64,000 nt of DNA from Candidatus Omnitrophota bacterium (lineage in GTDB: Bacteria; Omnitrophota; Gorgyraeia; 2-01-FULL-45-10): the NCBI GenBank assembly GCA_020057115.1, contig JAGVGJ010000018.1:6067-70066 (forward strand), read 5' to 3'. Positions 38,339-48,415 of this stretch are shown piece by piece; positions within the stretch are counted from its first letter, which is position 1, and each line of letters starts with the position of its first letter. The translations under genes were made by a program, and so were the position numbers. The notes under the pieces are model-generated. The model did no database searches. It saw only the letters and a list, made by a program, of their open reading frames with translations, and was not told the DNA's origin.

Positions 38339-39800
38339 CTATTGCCGCCCTTCTGGTGAGCATTGAACCGAACAACACGATCTCTTTGTCCGTAAAGCAC
38401 CCCGTAAGATACAGCGAAATGATATACAGCACAGCGCCCACAGGAACAAAGAAAAGGGCATTTACATTTTGAAATGTCCCCTTAAAAAGATAAAGGCCAA
38501 GGATCATGATAAATGCCGCTAATAATATTTTCGAGACAGTGCTTACCTCTACGGAAAACCTTACAAACCGCTGGCAGTAGATCAGGTTAAAAACGCTATA
38601 TCCCACAAAAGAAAGAAGAAGCGCCACCGCTGCCCCCATAGCCCCCATAGACGGTATGAGGAGAATATTCAGGATCGTGTTCACTATTGCCAGGACCAGG
38701 TATACACGCATGATGAGCACATTCTTATTGAATATCATATTTACATATTCTCCGATAACGCCTATCTGGAAGATGAATATCCCGAATAGAAGTATCGGCA
38801 GGTAGGCGCGCGTCACGAGGAACTCGGGCGTTGAAAATAGCGTCAGCAGCTCTTTTGAAAGGAATGAGATCCCGAAGACAAGCGGTATGCCAGCCACTAA
38901 AAAATACTTCAGAGAGTACCTGAGATATACGGCGGCTTCCCCTAATTCCGATCTATTTATACACCCCGAGAGAGTGGGAAATAATATATAGCCTATGGGA
39001 GTGGCTATTAACGTAACTACGTAGGCAAGAAAATATGCCACAGAATATTTTCCCACCTCTTTCAGGCCCAAAAAATAATTGATGAGGTAACGGTTGCTCC
39101 AGTTCAGGATAAAGAAGAGAAAGCTGGATATTACGAGCGGTATGCCGAATGCCGCATATTTTCTTAAGTCCAGGAATCTAGGGAAAGAAAAACCTATCAC
39201 GCGCGAGACCTGGAAGCTCCTTATCAGGACAAATAATATCCTGACCATCAAGAGGGCTACTACAGCTCCGAGAATTCCATACCCTTTTACCACTGCATAT
39301 GCTATAAAACCGAACTCCAGCAGGGTTTCTACCAGTACGGTCTTGAAATATGTCTTTATATAGCGGAAGGCTTTGAAATATTCCAAAAGTATAAGATTGA
39401 CGGACTCAAATACCAGCAGTACGGCAAGGGCGTTTGCCAGGACATAATATTGAGAGCTACCGAATATCCACGTCGATACGGTACGTGAAAATATGATACA
39501 GACGCATGCAACAACGGCGCTTGCCATGGCTGCGGCAAAGAGGCAGCTGAAGAGATCCTCCCTGATCCTGTCCTTTTTGCTCTCTCCGGCAAGGAACTTC
39601 ACGATCGCCTGGCCTGTGCCGAATGTAAGGAAAGGGACCAGCATCATAACCGTCACCCTGAGCTGCGTCCAGACCCCGTAATCAAGAGCCCCCAGCAGCT
39701 TTGTCAGGATGGGTATGACCATAAAGCTCTTAAAATTATTCAAGAGGTTTACGGCCCCGATCAAGCCGACATCCGAAACGAAATTTTTATATCTTTGCAT
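38325..39800 (-). CDS. Polysaccharide/oligosaccharide flippase (Wzx-like, MOP superfamily)
   Basis: 491 aa with about 12-14 TM helices and Wzx-type topology and length. Confidence 0.65.
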   Translation of the reverse strand: MQRYKNFVSDVGLIGAVNLLNNFKSFMVIPILTKLLGALDYGVWTQLRVTVMMLVPFLTFGTGQAIVKFLAGESKKDRIREDLFSCLFAAAMASAVVACVCIIFSRTVSTWIFGSSQYYVLANALAVLLVFESVNLILLEYFKAFRYIKTYFKTVLVETLLEFGFIAYAVVKGYGILGAVVALLMVRILFVLIRSFQVSRVIGFSFPRFLDLRKYAAFGIPLVISSFLFFILNWSNRYLINYFLGLKEVGKYSVAYFLAYVVTLIATPIGYILFPTLSGCINRSELGEAAVYLRYSLKYFLVAGIPLVFGISFLSKELLTLFSTPEFLVTRAYLPILLFGIFIFQIGVIGEYVNMIFNKNVLIMRVYLVLAIVNTILNILLIPSMGAMGAAVALLLSFVGYSVFNLIYCQRFVRFSVEVSTVSKILLAAFIMILGLYLFKGTFQNVNALFFVPVGAVLYIISLYLTGCFTDKEIVLFGSMLTRRAAIDEKI

Positions 39801-39803
39801 TGT

Positions 39804-40499
39804 TCAAGATCTCTTCCTGGCTATTACGAAGAAATTCCTGCATCGCCTGACCATAATATCATTTTTCATCATCCAAAGGAGTATGTGCCATATGAACGGG
39901 ATCTTCTCCATTACCGCATTCGGCAAAAAGTACGGGAATGTGGGGAATGGATTGAAACCGTATATCTTTATATCGTATCCGTCTTTCAGCAGGTCATTCA
40001 ACATATCGTAATCCAGCCGGTTCGGCTTCTCAGTCCTGGATAGATAGAGCCTGTTGGGCGTAGTTATGACGAGCTCGCCGCCTCTTTTCAATATCCTCGT
40101 CGCTTCATTCAGGCATCTTAGTTTGTCTTCCATGACCGGGAACTCCAGCATGCCGAAAAGGACCACGGCATCCATGGAATCGCTCTTCGCCGGCAGGCTG
40201 AGCATATCGCCTTCAACAAGTTTCGCGGAATCACCGTTCAGCTCGCGGGCTATACGGACAGCGCGGGATGAATTATCAAGGCCTATCTTTAAGTTGCTGT
40301 CATCCATCTCGGAGAGGATTATGCCGATATTACAGCCGACGTCGAAAACCTTCTTGTTCTTCATGTTCCTGACATAGTAGAGCGCCACGAACCGCAGGTC
40401 GAGCCTGTCGCCCCACCATAGGTCCTTGGCGTGCGTCATCCATTTTGTCTTTACCCTCTCCCTGAAGGCCTTAAAATCTTTATGATTAATCTTTATCAT
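39804..40499 (-). CDS. Class I SAM-dependent methyltransferase
   Basis: Carries FDVGCNIGIILS…MDAVVLFGMLEF…GGELVITTPN. Confidence 0.7.
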   Translation of the reverse strand: MIKINHKDFKAFRERVKTKWMTHAKDLWWGDRLDLRFVALYYVRNMKNKKVFDVGCNIGIILSEMDDSNLKIGLDNSSRAVRIARELNGDSAKLVEGDMLSLPAKSDSMDAVVLFGMLEFPVMEDKLRCLNEATRILKRGGELVITTPNRLYLSRTEKPNRLDYDMLNDLLKDGYDIKIYGFNPFPTFPYFLPNAVMEKIPFIWHILLWMMKNDIMVRRCRNFFVIARKRS

Positions 40500-41518
40500 A
40501 GCTTTTTAGAGAATACCCCGTATTCGTAATAATCACCGCCCCACTTCTCCTTGAAGAACTTTATGCCTTCTTCTTCTTTAGTCTTAGGCGACGGCGAAAC
40601 GCCCGCAAGGTCAAAGTACCTGAAGCCGCTCGTCTTGGCCCATTTGATGCACTCCCACATGAGAAGATCACCGGCAGGTATCTTGCCGTCATATGCCTCT
40701 TTTGACTGGACGGGTTTTACGATATGGACCGTCTTATTGAAGCATCTGAGCGGCATATATCCTAAGGCTCCGTCATCCCTGGCTACGGAAAATATCCTGT
40801 AGCCTCCTATCGGCGAAAGCAAATCCCACATATCGAAGAACCGCTTCTTGGGTGGGACTTCGAGCTTCTTCATCCTGCCATGCTCAAGCTCGCACCTGTA
40901 ATAATCGTCTATATCTCCGCGGTGGCATTCCTTGAACTCAAGGTCTAAGGACTCGGCCTTCCTGACAGGCGTCCTGGCAACCTTCGCTTTAAGAGAATCC
41001 CATATCGCTTCAATAGGCTTAGAGAGATCGATCATGTATGTCGCCCAGACGGCCCTCTCATAACCTCTTTTTACAAATACATCCTCAAGCGCCTGCCGCG
41101 AATCTATCATAAGAGGCAATGTCACATCGTAGATCTTCTTCGCGCCCGTTCTCCTGGCGATATTCTCCGCAGCCTCGAGCATCTCCGTCAGTATCTCAGG
41201 CTGATTTTCTTCGGAATAGAATATCGGCCCCTCGCGCCATGAGGCCGCGCAGTTAAAGCGATTTATCATGTCTTTCAAGGCGTTCTTAACGGGGCTATTG
41301 TATCTCTCCGGATACAGGCCTATCCTGTGGAATGCGAGCGACGCTATCCGCCGAGCGCCTTCGTCTTCGGCTACGATCCTGCATGGCCGAGCGCGATAAT
41401 AGCGCTCCACGAAAGAGCCATATGACACTGTCTGTTGAAGCGTCGAATAAGGCTGTCCGGACAGGTTCTCGTCCCAGCCCTCGAGAGACTTTTCATCCAA
41501 TATGCGTATCTTCATCAA
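40496..41518 (-). CDS. FemAB-family (GNAT-fold) aminoacyl- or acyltransferase
   Basis: 340 aa with a two-lobed GNAT-like architecture. The family assignment is tentative and was made by eye. Confidence 0.45.
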   Translation of the reverse strand: MMKIRILDEKSLEGWDENLSGQPYSTLQQTVSYGSFVERYYRARPCRIVAEDEGARRIASLAFHRIGLYPERYNSPVKNALKDMINRFNCAASWREGPIFYSEENQPEILTEMLEAAENIARRTGAKKIYDVTLPLMIDSRQALEDVFVKRGYERAVWATYMIDLSKPIEAIWDSLKAKVARTPVRKAESLDLEFKECHRGDIDDYYRCELEHGRMKKLEVPPKKRFFDMWDLLSPIGGYRIFSVARDDGALGYMPLRCFNKTVHIVKPVQSKEAYDGKIPAGDLLMWECIKWAKTSGFRYFDLAGVSPSPKTKEEEGIKFFKEKWGGDYYEYGVFSKKL

Positions 41519-43173
41519 TCCAAATAACCCAGGTTCTTGAGCCTATCCATGATCTTGGCCTGTTCATCCGGAACGGCCCTCTCATCCTTTATGGCGCCCG
41601 ACGCTTCGGAATACCTGACCTTGTTCGAGGCCCTGAACTCATCCGTGAATATCTCTTCGAGCGGCCTTCCGTCCATATCAGACGGCACCGCCAGGCCCAT
41701 TGCGTAAAGTATGGTCGGCGCGATATCCTGTATCGCCGGGATCCGCAGCTTCCCGGACCTTTTGATCGATCTTCCGCGGCTCAAGAATATGCCCTTCCTT
41801 TCATGATGTGAAAATAGCGCGTTCTCAAAGACCTGCGGCCGCCTCAATCCCCTGTTCAGGGACGGCATATATTCCACATCCAGCTCTATGACGATATCCG
41901 GCATCTCCGGAAGATATTCCCCTTTATATATCTCTTCCTTTTTCCAGGCATTCTTGATGACATGCTTTCCGCTCTTCGGATCTGTTGCGGCCTTAAGCTT
42001 AGCAATGATCTCGTCCCTTGTATCTTCGTAAGCGCCCGAAGAGACTATCCCGCCGGGTTCGCGGCCGGATAGATTTATGTATATGCCGCCGAAATTTCCG
42101 GCTATATCGATATACGGGAAGGCCGTCGTCCTGGCGAAGTCATAGATCATATCATCGCTCAAGTAGGTCTCGTCGCGCTTGGCGCCTTTCATGGGTCTCA
42201 GGAACGGCGCTAGGCGCTTCAGCCAGGGAGCATTCTCCATCGCCCATCTCATTGCGAGGAATACTGTCTTCCTGGACATGCCCGCGATCGCCGATCCGGA
42301 CGACCTGTCTATTTCGGCAAGTTCTTCTCCGAGTTTCGCGCGAAGGCCTTCTTTTATCGCTTCCCCGGACTTGAACGAGAGATATCCGGCCTCCGCCAGC
42401 CATGCGTCTATGCAGAAAGCCTTGCGGTATGTTTTGTGCCCATGGTCAGAATATATGATAACGCATGATACCTCTCCGATATTATGCATGAATTTATTGA
42501 GCGCCTTGTCCGCGCGCTCGTATAAAGGCTCTATGATGGAGAGATCCACGTTCATGAATACATGGTGCGCCTGCTCCAGCTGCTCTATGCCTATGCAAAG
42601 CAGGTCCCATTCGCGTGTCCTTGCGATATCAAGGGCTGATACCAACCTCTTCTCTACGGAGAGGGCGAGGCTCTCAATGTTCCTGCCGTCATGGCAGGCG
42701 AACTCATACTTGATGCCATCCACCACCTCCGGAGCAATCTCGGGAGGATATATCGCTTTTTTGACATCAGTCGTAAAATGGCAGCCGAGCATGATGCCGT
42801 TCATCTTTCGTACTGGATAGGTGAACGGCATGCCTATGACGATGGACCTCTTGCCGCTGTCACCCGCTATCTCCCACACGTCCCTAGACATCCTGTTATC
42901 GGCATTCACGCCGAACCAGCTGTAGCGGCCCTTGAGCCTTTTGAAGAAACCGTATAATCCCGTCTTGCCGGGATTCTTGCCTGTGTATGAACATGACCAT
43001 GCGACAGGTGTGGTCGGCGGAATGGATGATTCGAACGGGCTTGCCGAGCCTTCTTCGACCAGCTTTTTAAATGCCGGCAATTTACCCTTACCGATAAGCT
43101 CGTTAAGATAATCCCACGAAACTCCGTCGACGCCTATTATGACCACCTTATTTACATTCGTTCTTGCTGTCAT
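41515..43173 (-). CDS. Alkaline-phosphatase superfamily protein (type I phosphodiesterase/nucleotide pyrophosphatase family)
   Basis: 552 aa. The N-terminus VVIIGVDGVSWDYL…PPTTPVAWSCSYTG carries a metal-ligand Thr/Ser nucleophile, and IIYSDHGH supplies the second metal site. Confidence 0.7.
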   Translation of the reverse strand: MTARTNVNKVVIIGVDGVSWDYLNELIGKGKLPAFKKLVEEGSASPFESSIPPTTPVAWSCSYTGKNPGKTGLYGFFKRLKGRYSWFGVNADNRMSRDVWEIAGDSGKRSIVIGMPFTYPVRKMNGIMLGCHFTTDVKKAIYPPEIAPEVVDGIKYEFACHDGRNIESLALSVEKRLVSALDIARTREWDLLCIGIEQLEQAHHVFMNVDLSIIEPLYERADKALNKFMHNIGEVSCVIIYSDHGHKTYRKAFCIDAWLAEAGYLSFKSGEAIKEGLRAKLGEELAEIDRSSGSAIAGMSRKTVFLAMRWAMENAPWLKRLAPFLRPMKGAKRDETYLSDDMIYDFARTTAFPYIDIAGNFGGIYINLSGREPGGIVSSGAYEDTRDEIIAKLKAATDPKSGKHVIKNAWKKEEIYKGEYLPEMPDIVIELDVEYMPSLNRGLRRPQVFENALFSHHERKGIFLSRGRSIKRSGKLRIPAIQDIAPTILYAMGLAVPSDMDGRPLEEIFTDEFRASNKVRYSEASGAIKDERAVPDEQAKIMDRLKNLGYLD

Positions 43174-44468
43174 GCATTACCGCCGAAGTGCGCCATTATG
43201 GCGTGAAAAGGGTCCTGTATGGCCCTTACGCCCGATATGTCCAGGTTCACTGCCGCGCAGAAGGCGTCATCAAAAGTATGCATGCCGTCCAGCGCCGTCC
43301 TTTCAAATATCTTATTGCCGCCTGCCTTAGCCTTAAGGTCATAGCCGTCGCGCGGATGGGCTATGATATCGGCCGCGCTTTCGAGACACGGCCCATCGTA
43401 TATCTCTTCTCTGAAGAATACTCTCTCGATGACCTTCTCGCCCGTCGCATCATCCTTTAACGCCATAAGTCTCGTCGTGATATCATTGCGGACCTTGTCG
43501 TAATCGCACTTTCTGACAGACCCCTTCTCCTCCCTGCCTTCAAGGTTCACGAATATCCTTCCCGGTATCAAGGAATATGCAATGCTTGCAGCATCATAAT
43601 TCTCTATCTTCTTTTCCGCGGAAGGGATGAATTTCAAAAGACCCTCTTTCTCAAGCCAGGCATTGATCTGCACCTCGCTCTTTATGCCGCAAAAACCATG
43701 GTCCGACAGTATTAAGAGCCCATCGTCGTTGGAGAGCTTCTCTTTTAACTGCCCTATAAAGCCGTCGAGCCTGGCGAAGAAACGCCTGGTAAAATCATTG
43801 TACGGCCCTTTCTCAAGGGCACTGTAAAAGAAATGGAACAGCCTGTCCGTCTCCATTATATGCAGTTGGAAAAGATCCCACGGCTCTTTATCCATGAGAT
43901 CGAACGCCACTTCAAAACGCTTTTCAAGGGCAAGCATTATCTGGTCGGCGAACTTCTCCTTCGACTCCCGCGCAAGCCAGGCGTCAACGTCTATTATATA
44001 GCCCCTGGACTTAAGATAAGCGCCAAGGCTCGAAGGATAGGCTGCCTTGTCTATGTCCGTACATAGAAAATCCGATATCAGTATGCCGTTCACCTTTTCA
44101 GGAGGATAAGTGAGCGGCACGTTTATCACTATGACCTTCTTGCCGAGCGACGACAATTCGCCCCACAAAGTCTTCGCTTTCCTGTCCCCGGCGATCGGTA
44201 TCTTTATCCTGAAAGGGTTGGGATCTCTGTCGACAAAACCGAGGATACCGTGGATGCCGGGATTCTCGCCTGTCATGTAACTGGCCCATGCGACGGACGA
44301 CACTGTAGGATATGCGGAATTGATACGCTTAAATGCGCCCTTTGAGGCTATCGACTTTAGCGAAGCGAGCTCGCCGCGCTTAAACCTTTCTTCCAGGAAT
44401 GAATGAGAGAGGCCGTCGAGCCCCAGCACAAATATACGCTTCCCGCTCCGGGCAGGCATGGATATCAA
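43170..44468 (-). CDS. Alkaline-phosphatase superfamily protein (type I phosphodiesterase family), paralog
   Basis: 432 aa carrying IFVLGLDGLSHSFL…YPTVSSVAWASYMTG…LILSDHGF. Confidence 0.7.
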   Translation of the reverse strand: MISMPARSGKRIFVLGLDGLSHSFLEERFKRGELASLKSIASKGAFKRINSAYPTVSSVAWASYMTGENPGIHGILGFVDRDPNPFRIKIPIAGDRKAKTLWGELSSLGKKVIVINVPLTYPPEKVNGILISDFLCTDIDKAAYPSSLGAYLKSRGYIIDVDAWLARESKEKFADQIMLALEKRFEVAFDLMDKEPWDLFQLHIMETDRLFHFFYSALEKGPYNDFTRRFFARLDGFIGQLKEKLSNDDGLLILSDHGFCGIKSEVQINAWLEKEGLLKFIPSAEKKIENYDAASIAYSLIPGRIFVNLEGREEKGSVRKCDYDKVRNDITTRLMALKDDATGEKVIERVFFREEIYDGPCLESAADIIAHPRDGYDLKAKAGGNKIFERTALDGMHTFDDAFCAAVNLDISGVRAIQDPFHAIMAHFGGNA

Positions 44469-45724
44469 ACCCCGTCTTCGGCTGTGCCGGTTATTATTCC
44501 TCCGGCACAGATGTTGCCCGAGCGCGACAATACGAACCTTCCGAGGTTCTCGAGCTCGTTAAAAGAAGTAACTACGACCGGTTTTTTGGTCTTTACCGTT
44601 ATCTCGGCCGCTTCCAGATAAGAGAGGGAGTCGGAATCTTTTTCGATGACCTCGAGCGTAGATGAATTTATCCTTCGCGATATCTTTTCGATCCTGCAGC
44701 TTACCTCCTGGGTGGCGCACCTGAATGCCATCTTCTCTTCTTTGGAGAACGGCTGTTTCGACAACCAGAAGAGGTCCGCCTTGAAACGATCGACCACCAT
44801 GGGCGTTCTGCCGGTCTCGGATATTATATCTCCCCTGTCGATGAATATAGGCGTCGTGGTAGTTATGCCTATACATTCCGAAGCGGAAGCCTTCACGGGT
44901 TCCTCGAGGAACTTCTCTATGCTCTTGACATGGGTAACCTGACCGCTTGGCAATGCCTTGACTTCCTGGCCCTCGGATATCCTGCCTGATTCTATCCTGC
45001 CTGCATATATCCTTTTTTCGCCGATTTTGTATATATCCTGGATCGGAAAGACCAGCGACTTTTCGCTCTCGCTCGGGGTGGCAGGCAATGAATCGAGGGC
45101 TTCCATGATCGTGGGGCCATGATACCAGGTCATAAAACCTGATTGAGACGTTATGTTATCCCCTTTCAAGGCGACTATGGGCACGAATAACCGCGGCTTT
45201 ATATTTATGCCTGCAAGGAACTTCTCGGCCTCGACCTTTACGGAATTGAATTTCTTTTCATCGTATCCGACGAGATCCATCTTATTCAATACGGCTATGA
45301 CGTTCTTTATGCCGAGCATCGAGACGAGGTACGCGTGGCGCTTGGTCTGCTCCTGCATGCCTTCGGCAGCGTCTATGATAAGCAGCGCCGCCTCGGCCTG
45401 GGAAGCGCCGGTCATCATGTTCTTCACGAACTCGACGTGTCCCGGAGCGTCGATGATGACGTAATCCCGCTTTGAGCTCCTGAAGAAAACCTGCGTTGTA
45501 TCGATCGTGATACCCTGCTTGCGCTCTTCTTCGAGATGGTCCAAAAGATGCGCGAACTCCGTCTCCCTCCCCAGCCCCTCCGCAGCCTGGCGTATCTCGT
45601 CCAGCTTGTCCGGAGGCAGGGACTGCGTATCATACAGAAGCCTTCCTATAAAAGTCGACTTTCCGTGGTCGACGTGGCCCACTATCACGAACTTTAGTTG
45701 CTTGTTTGTCATGATTGTTTCCAT
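44465..45724 (-). CDS. cysN: Sulfate adenylyltransferase subunit 1 (GTPase)
   Basis: Carries GHVDHGKSTFIGRLL, DxPGH, NKMDLV and RxxxxLGIKxxxVAxNKMDLV, a CysN-type pattern. It sits immediately downstream of cysD. Confidence 0.8.
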   Translation of the reverse strand: METIMTNKQLKFVIVGHVDHGKSTFIGRLLYDTQSLPPDKLDEIRQAAEGLGRETEFAHLLDHLEEERKQGITIDTTQVFFRSSKRDYVIIDAPGHVEFVKNMMTGASQAEAALLIIDAAEGMQEQTKRHAYLVSMLGIKNVIAVLNKMDLVGYDEKKFNSVKVEAEKFLAGINIKPRLFVPIVALKGDNITSQSGFMTWYHGPTIMEALDSLPATPSESEKSLVFPIQDIYKIGEKRIYAGRIESGRISEGQEVKALPSGQVTHVKSIEKFLEEPVKASASECIGITTTTPIFIDRGDIISETGRTPMVVDRFKADLFWLSKQPFSKEEKMAFRCATQEVSCRIEKISRRINSSTLEVIEKDSDSLSYLEAAEITVKTKKPVVVTSFNELENLGRFVLSRSGNICAGGIITGTAEDGV

Positions 45725-46524
45725 TACATATACCCCAGGGATCTTAGTTTCTGCATCATATAAGCCGACTCTTTATCCTGCGCCCTGCCGCTACGCTCCG
45801 ATATCTTCGATACCTTCAATTCCTCAACTATCTTTTCGATCGTGTCGGCTTCCGAATCAACTGGATTACAACATGTCTCGCATCCTATGGACCGGAAGCG
45901 CTTGCCGTTCTTCGCGAAATAAAGGCTCACGATCGGTATCTTCTCTCTCTTTATATATTCCCAGATATCGAGTTCGCGCCAGCCAAGGAGCGGATGGACG
46001 CGGAAATGTTCTTCCTGTTCTGTCTTATTCTTGTACTGGTCCCATATCTCAGGCGGCTGCTCCTTATAATTCCACTCAAAATCCTCGTCGCGCGGAGAGA
46101 ATACGCGTTCTTTTGCCCTTATGCCATGTTCATCGCGGCGTATGCCGAGATAGAGCGCCTTGAATTTATATTTCGCGACTACGGCTTTCAGGGCATTGGT
46201 CTTGAGCTCCGTGCAGCACTCAAGCTTGCCTGTGTTAGGGCTCACGCCGCGGTCGATCGCGGCCTGGTTCTTATAGACGATGAGGTTTAAATCCCATTTC
46301 TTCGCGTATTCATCCCTGTAAGAATATATCTCTTTAAACTTGTAACCTGTATCCAGATGCAGCACGGGAAAAGGCATATTGCCGTAAAAGGCCTTTCTCA
46401 GAAGCCATAAAAGGGTGGTTGAATCCTTCCCTATGGACCAGAGCATGGCTATGTCCTTAAACTGCCTGTAGGCCTCTCTTATGATATATATGCTCTGATT
46501 TTCAAGGTCATTCAGATTTTTCAT
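45724..46524 (-). CDS. cysD: Sulfate adenylyltransferase subunit 2 (PAPS-reductase-like ATP pyrophosphatase fold)
   Basis: Carries the LWSIGKDSTT P-loop variant and is adjacent to cysN. Confidence 0.8.
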   Translation of the reverse strand: MKNLNDLENQSIYIIREAYRQFKDIAMLWSIGKDSTTLLWLLRKAFYGNMPFPVLHLDTGYKFKEIYSYRDEYAKKWDLNLIVYKNQAAIDRGVSPNTGKLECCTELKTNALKAVVAKYKFKALYLGIRRDEHGIRAKERVFSPRDEDFEWNYKEQPPEIWDQYKNKTEQEEHFRVHPLLGWRELDIWEYIKREKIPIVSLYFAKNGKRFRSIGCETCCNPVDSEADTIEKIVEELKVSKISERSGRAQDKESAYMMQKLRSLGYM

Positions 46525-48415
46525 TATCTATTCTTCTCCCTTCAAAAAATATCTTGCGCCATATATTATAACAATAAACGGTCCATAAGATATTAAAATT
46601 GTCGGCTTTGCCTGATACCTGCATATCCCACAGGCGCCTGACAGAAGCCATGTCAAAATACCCCTCTTTATCCCAGTCATCCTTAAACAGATCCGCCTCC
46701 ACCCTCTTTCTCCACACAGTTGAAAACCAGCTGCGCAGAGGGATCGTCTCGCCATATCCGTACTTTTTTCGATTTAAGACGCCTGACGGTAATATCGGCT
46801 TGGAGAGGCGCTTCAATATATACTTTCGGTTTACTCCGTTTATCTTCATCCAGACAGGCAGTGCCATGGCAAACTCGACTATGTGATGGTCCAGGAACGG
46901 CGATCTTAACTCAAGACCGTTAGCCATTCCGGATATATCCGAAAATACGCATATGCCGTGAGTGTCATTGAAGACGAGGTCGGTAAACAAAGTTCCGTCA
47001 AGAAGATGGTCCGGCTTCATCCTGGAATATATCTCCTCGAAAGGCGCGCCGATATCGCAACCGGAGATCCGGTTCTTTAAGTTTTTGGAATAGACCAGGT
47101 TTGCCATATTATCCGCTGCTTTCCTTTTGAAATAAGCCCTCTTCTCTCCGGGCGGAAGGGTCAATGCCTTGAGCACGGATGACGAAAACCTCTCACCCAA
47201 AAAACCCAGGGCAGGAAAGATGGCGGCTCTGGCGGCCTTGTTTTTTGAAAAAAATATATCCATGTCGCCCAGTATCTTCCATAGAAGATATCCCGAGTAG
47301 CCCGCGAAGAGCTCATCAGAGCCGTCTCCGGTGAGCGCAGCCTTTACGCCCTTTTTCACTTCCCGGCAGAACTTCATATTGACCATGGCCTCCGGGATAG
47401 CAAAAGGTTCGTCATAATGCCACACGACACGGCCCAGCTCGTCGATGATATTGGAATCGGCGGTTATCTTATGGTGTTCCATGTTGTAGCGCTCGGCAAC
47501 GCTTGCGGCATATCCGAATTCTTTATCTTTTGATGACGAGTCTTCGAATCCGACCGAGAAGGCATTCAGCCTCGTAGAGGTGTTCTTGGCTATGAACGAT
47601 GCTATCAGGCTCGAGTCAACGCCGCCGGAAAGGAACGCACCGACGGGCACATCGCTTATAAGGCGCATCCTGACAGACTCATCTATGAGCGACTGCAATC
47701 TCTCTACCGCTTCGCCTATGCCCATGGAAAGCTTATCGTTCATTTCCGGCTGCCAGTATCTGCTTATATGCTCGCGTCCATCCTTCACCACCATGACGGA
47801 AGCGGGTGGCAATTTTAATATATTCTTGAACATCGTATTCGGGTAAGGAACGCTCCTATGCGAAAATAGATAATGCACTCCGGCCGGATTGACTTCGGGC
47901 TTGACAGCGCCTGACGCAAGAATAGCTTTAGGCTCGGATGCGAAAAGGAACATGTCTCCTACCCGGGAATAGACCAGCGGCTTCTGTCCTATCCTGTCAC
48001 GCGCCAGGACTAGCTCCTTCTTCCTTGAGTCCCAGATGGCAAAGGCGAACATTCCCCTCAGGTGCTTTACGCAATCCTGCCCCACCTCTTCATAAAGATG
48101 GATGATGGCCTCGGTATCGGAAGCGCTCTTAAAGTGATGGCCCTTTTGCTTCAGGGCGCGGGCAAGTTCTTTGTAATTATATATCATCCCGTTGAAGACA
48201 AGCTTTATGGAGCCGTCTTCATTAGACATGGGCTGGCTGGCATTATTTGAAAGATCTATTATGGAAAGCCGCCTGTGCCCAAGGCCGACGCCCTTATCCG
48301 CAAAGATACCTTCCCCGTCCGGCCCGCGATGGGCAAGCGCGCTCGTCATCCTTTTAAGCGCGGCGGCGTCCAGTCCAGAAACGCCGCTTGATATAAACCC
48401 GCAGATGCCGCACAT
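46508..48415 (-). CDS. asnB: Asparagine synthase (glutamine-hydrolysing) family amidotransferase
   Basis: MCGI N-terminal nucleophile, RGPDGEG, and SGGVDSS PP-loop. Confidence 0.85.
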   Translation of the reverse strand: MCGICGFISSGVSGLDAAALKRMTSALAHRGPDGEGIFADKGVGLGHRRLSIIDLSNNASQPMSNEDGSIKLVFNGMIYNYKELARALKQKGHHFKSASDTEAIIHLYEEVGQDCVKHLRGMFAFAIWDSRKKELVLARDRIGQKPLVYSRVGDMFLFASEPKAILASGAVKPEVNPAGVHYLFSHRSVPYPNTMFKNILKLPPASVMVVKDGREHISRYWQPEMNDKLSMGIGEAVERLQSLIDESVRMRLISDVPVGAFLSGGVDSSLIASFIAKNTSTRLNAFSVGFEDSSSKDKEFGYAASVAERYNMEHHKITADSNIIDELGRVVWHYDEPFAIPEAMVNMKFCREVKKGVKAALTGDGSDELFAGYSGYLLWKILGDMDIFFSKNKAARAAIFPALGFLGERFSSSVLKALTLPPGEKRAYFKRKAADNMANLVYSKNLKNRISGCDIGAPFEEIYSRMKPDHLLDGTLFTDLVFNDTHGICVFSDISGMANGLELRSPFLDHHIVEFAMALPVWMKINGVNRKYILKRLSKPILPSGVLNRKKYGYGETIPLRSWFSTVWRKRVEADLFKDDWDKEGYFDMASVRRLWDMQVSGKADNFNILWTVYCYNIWRKIFFEGRRIDNEKSE

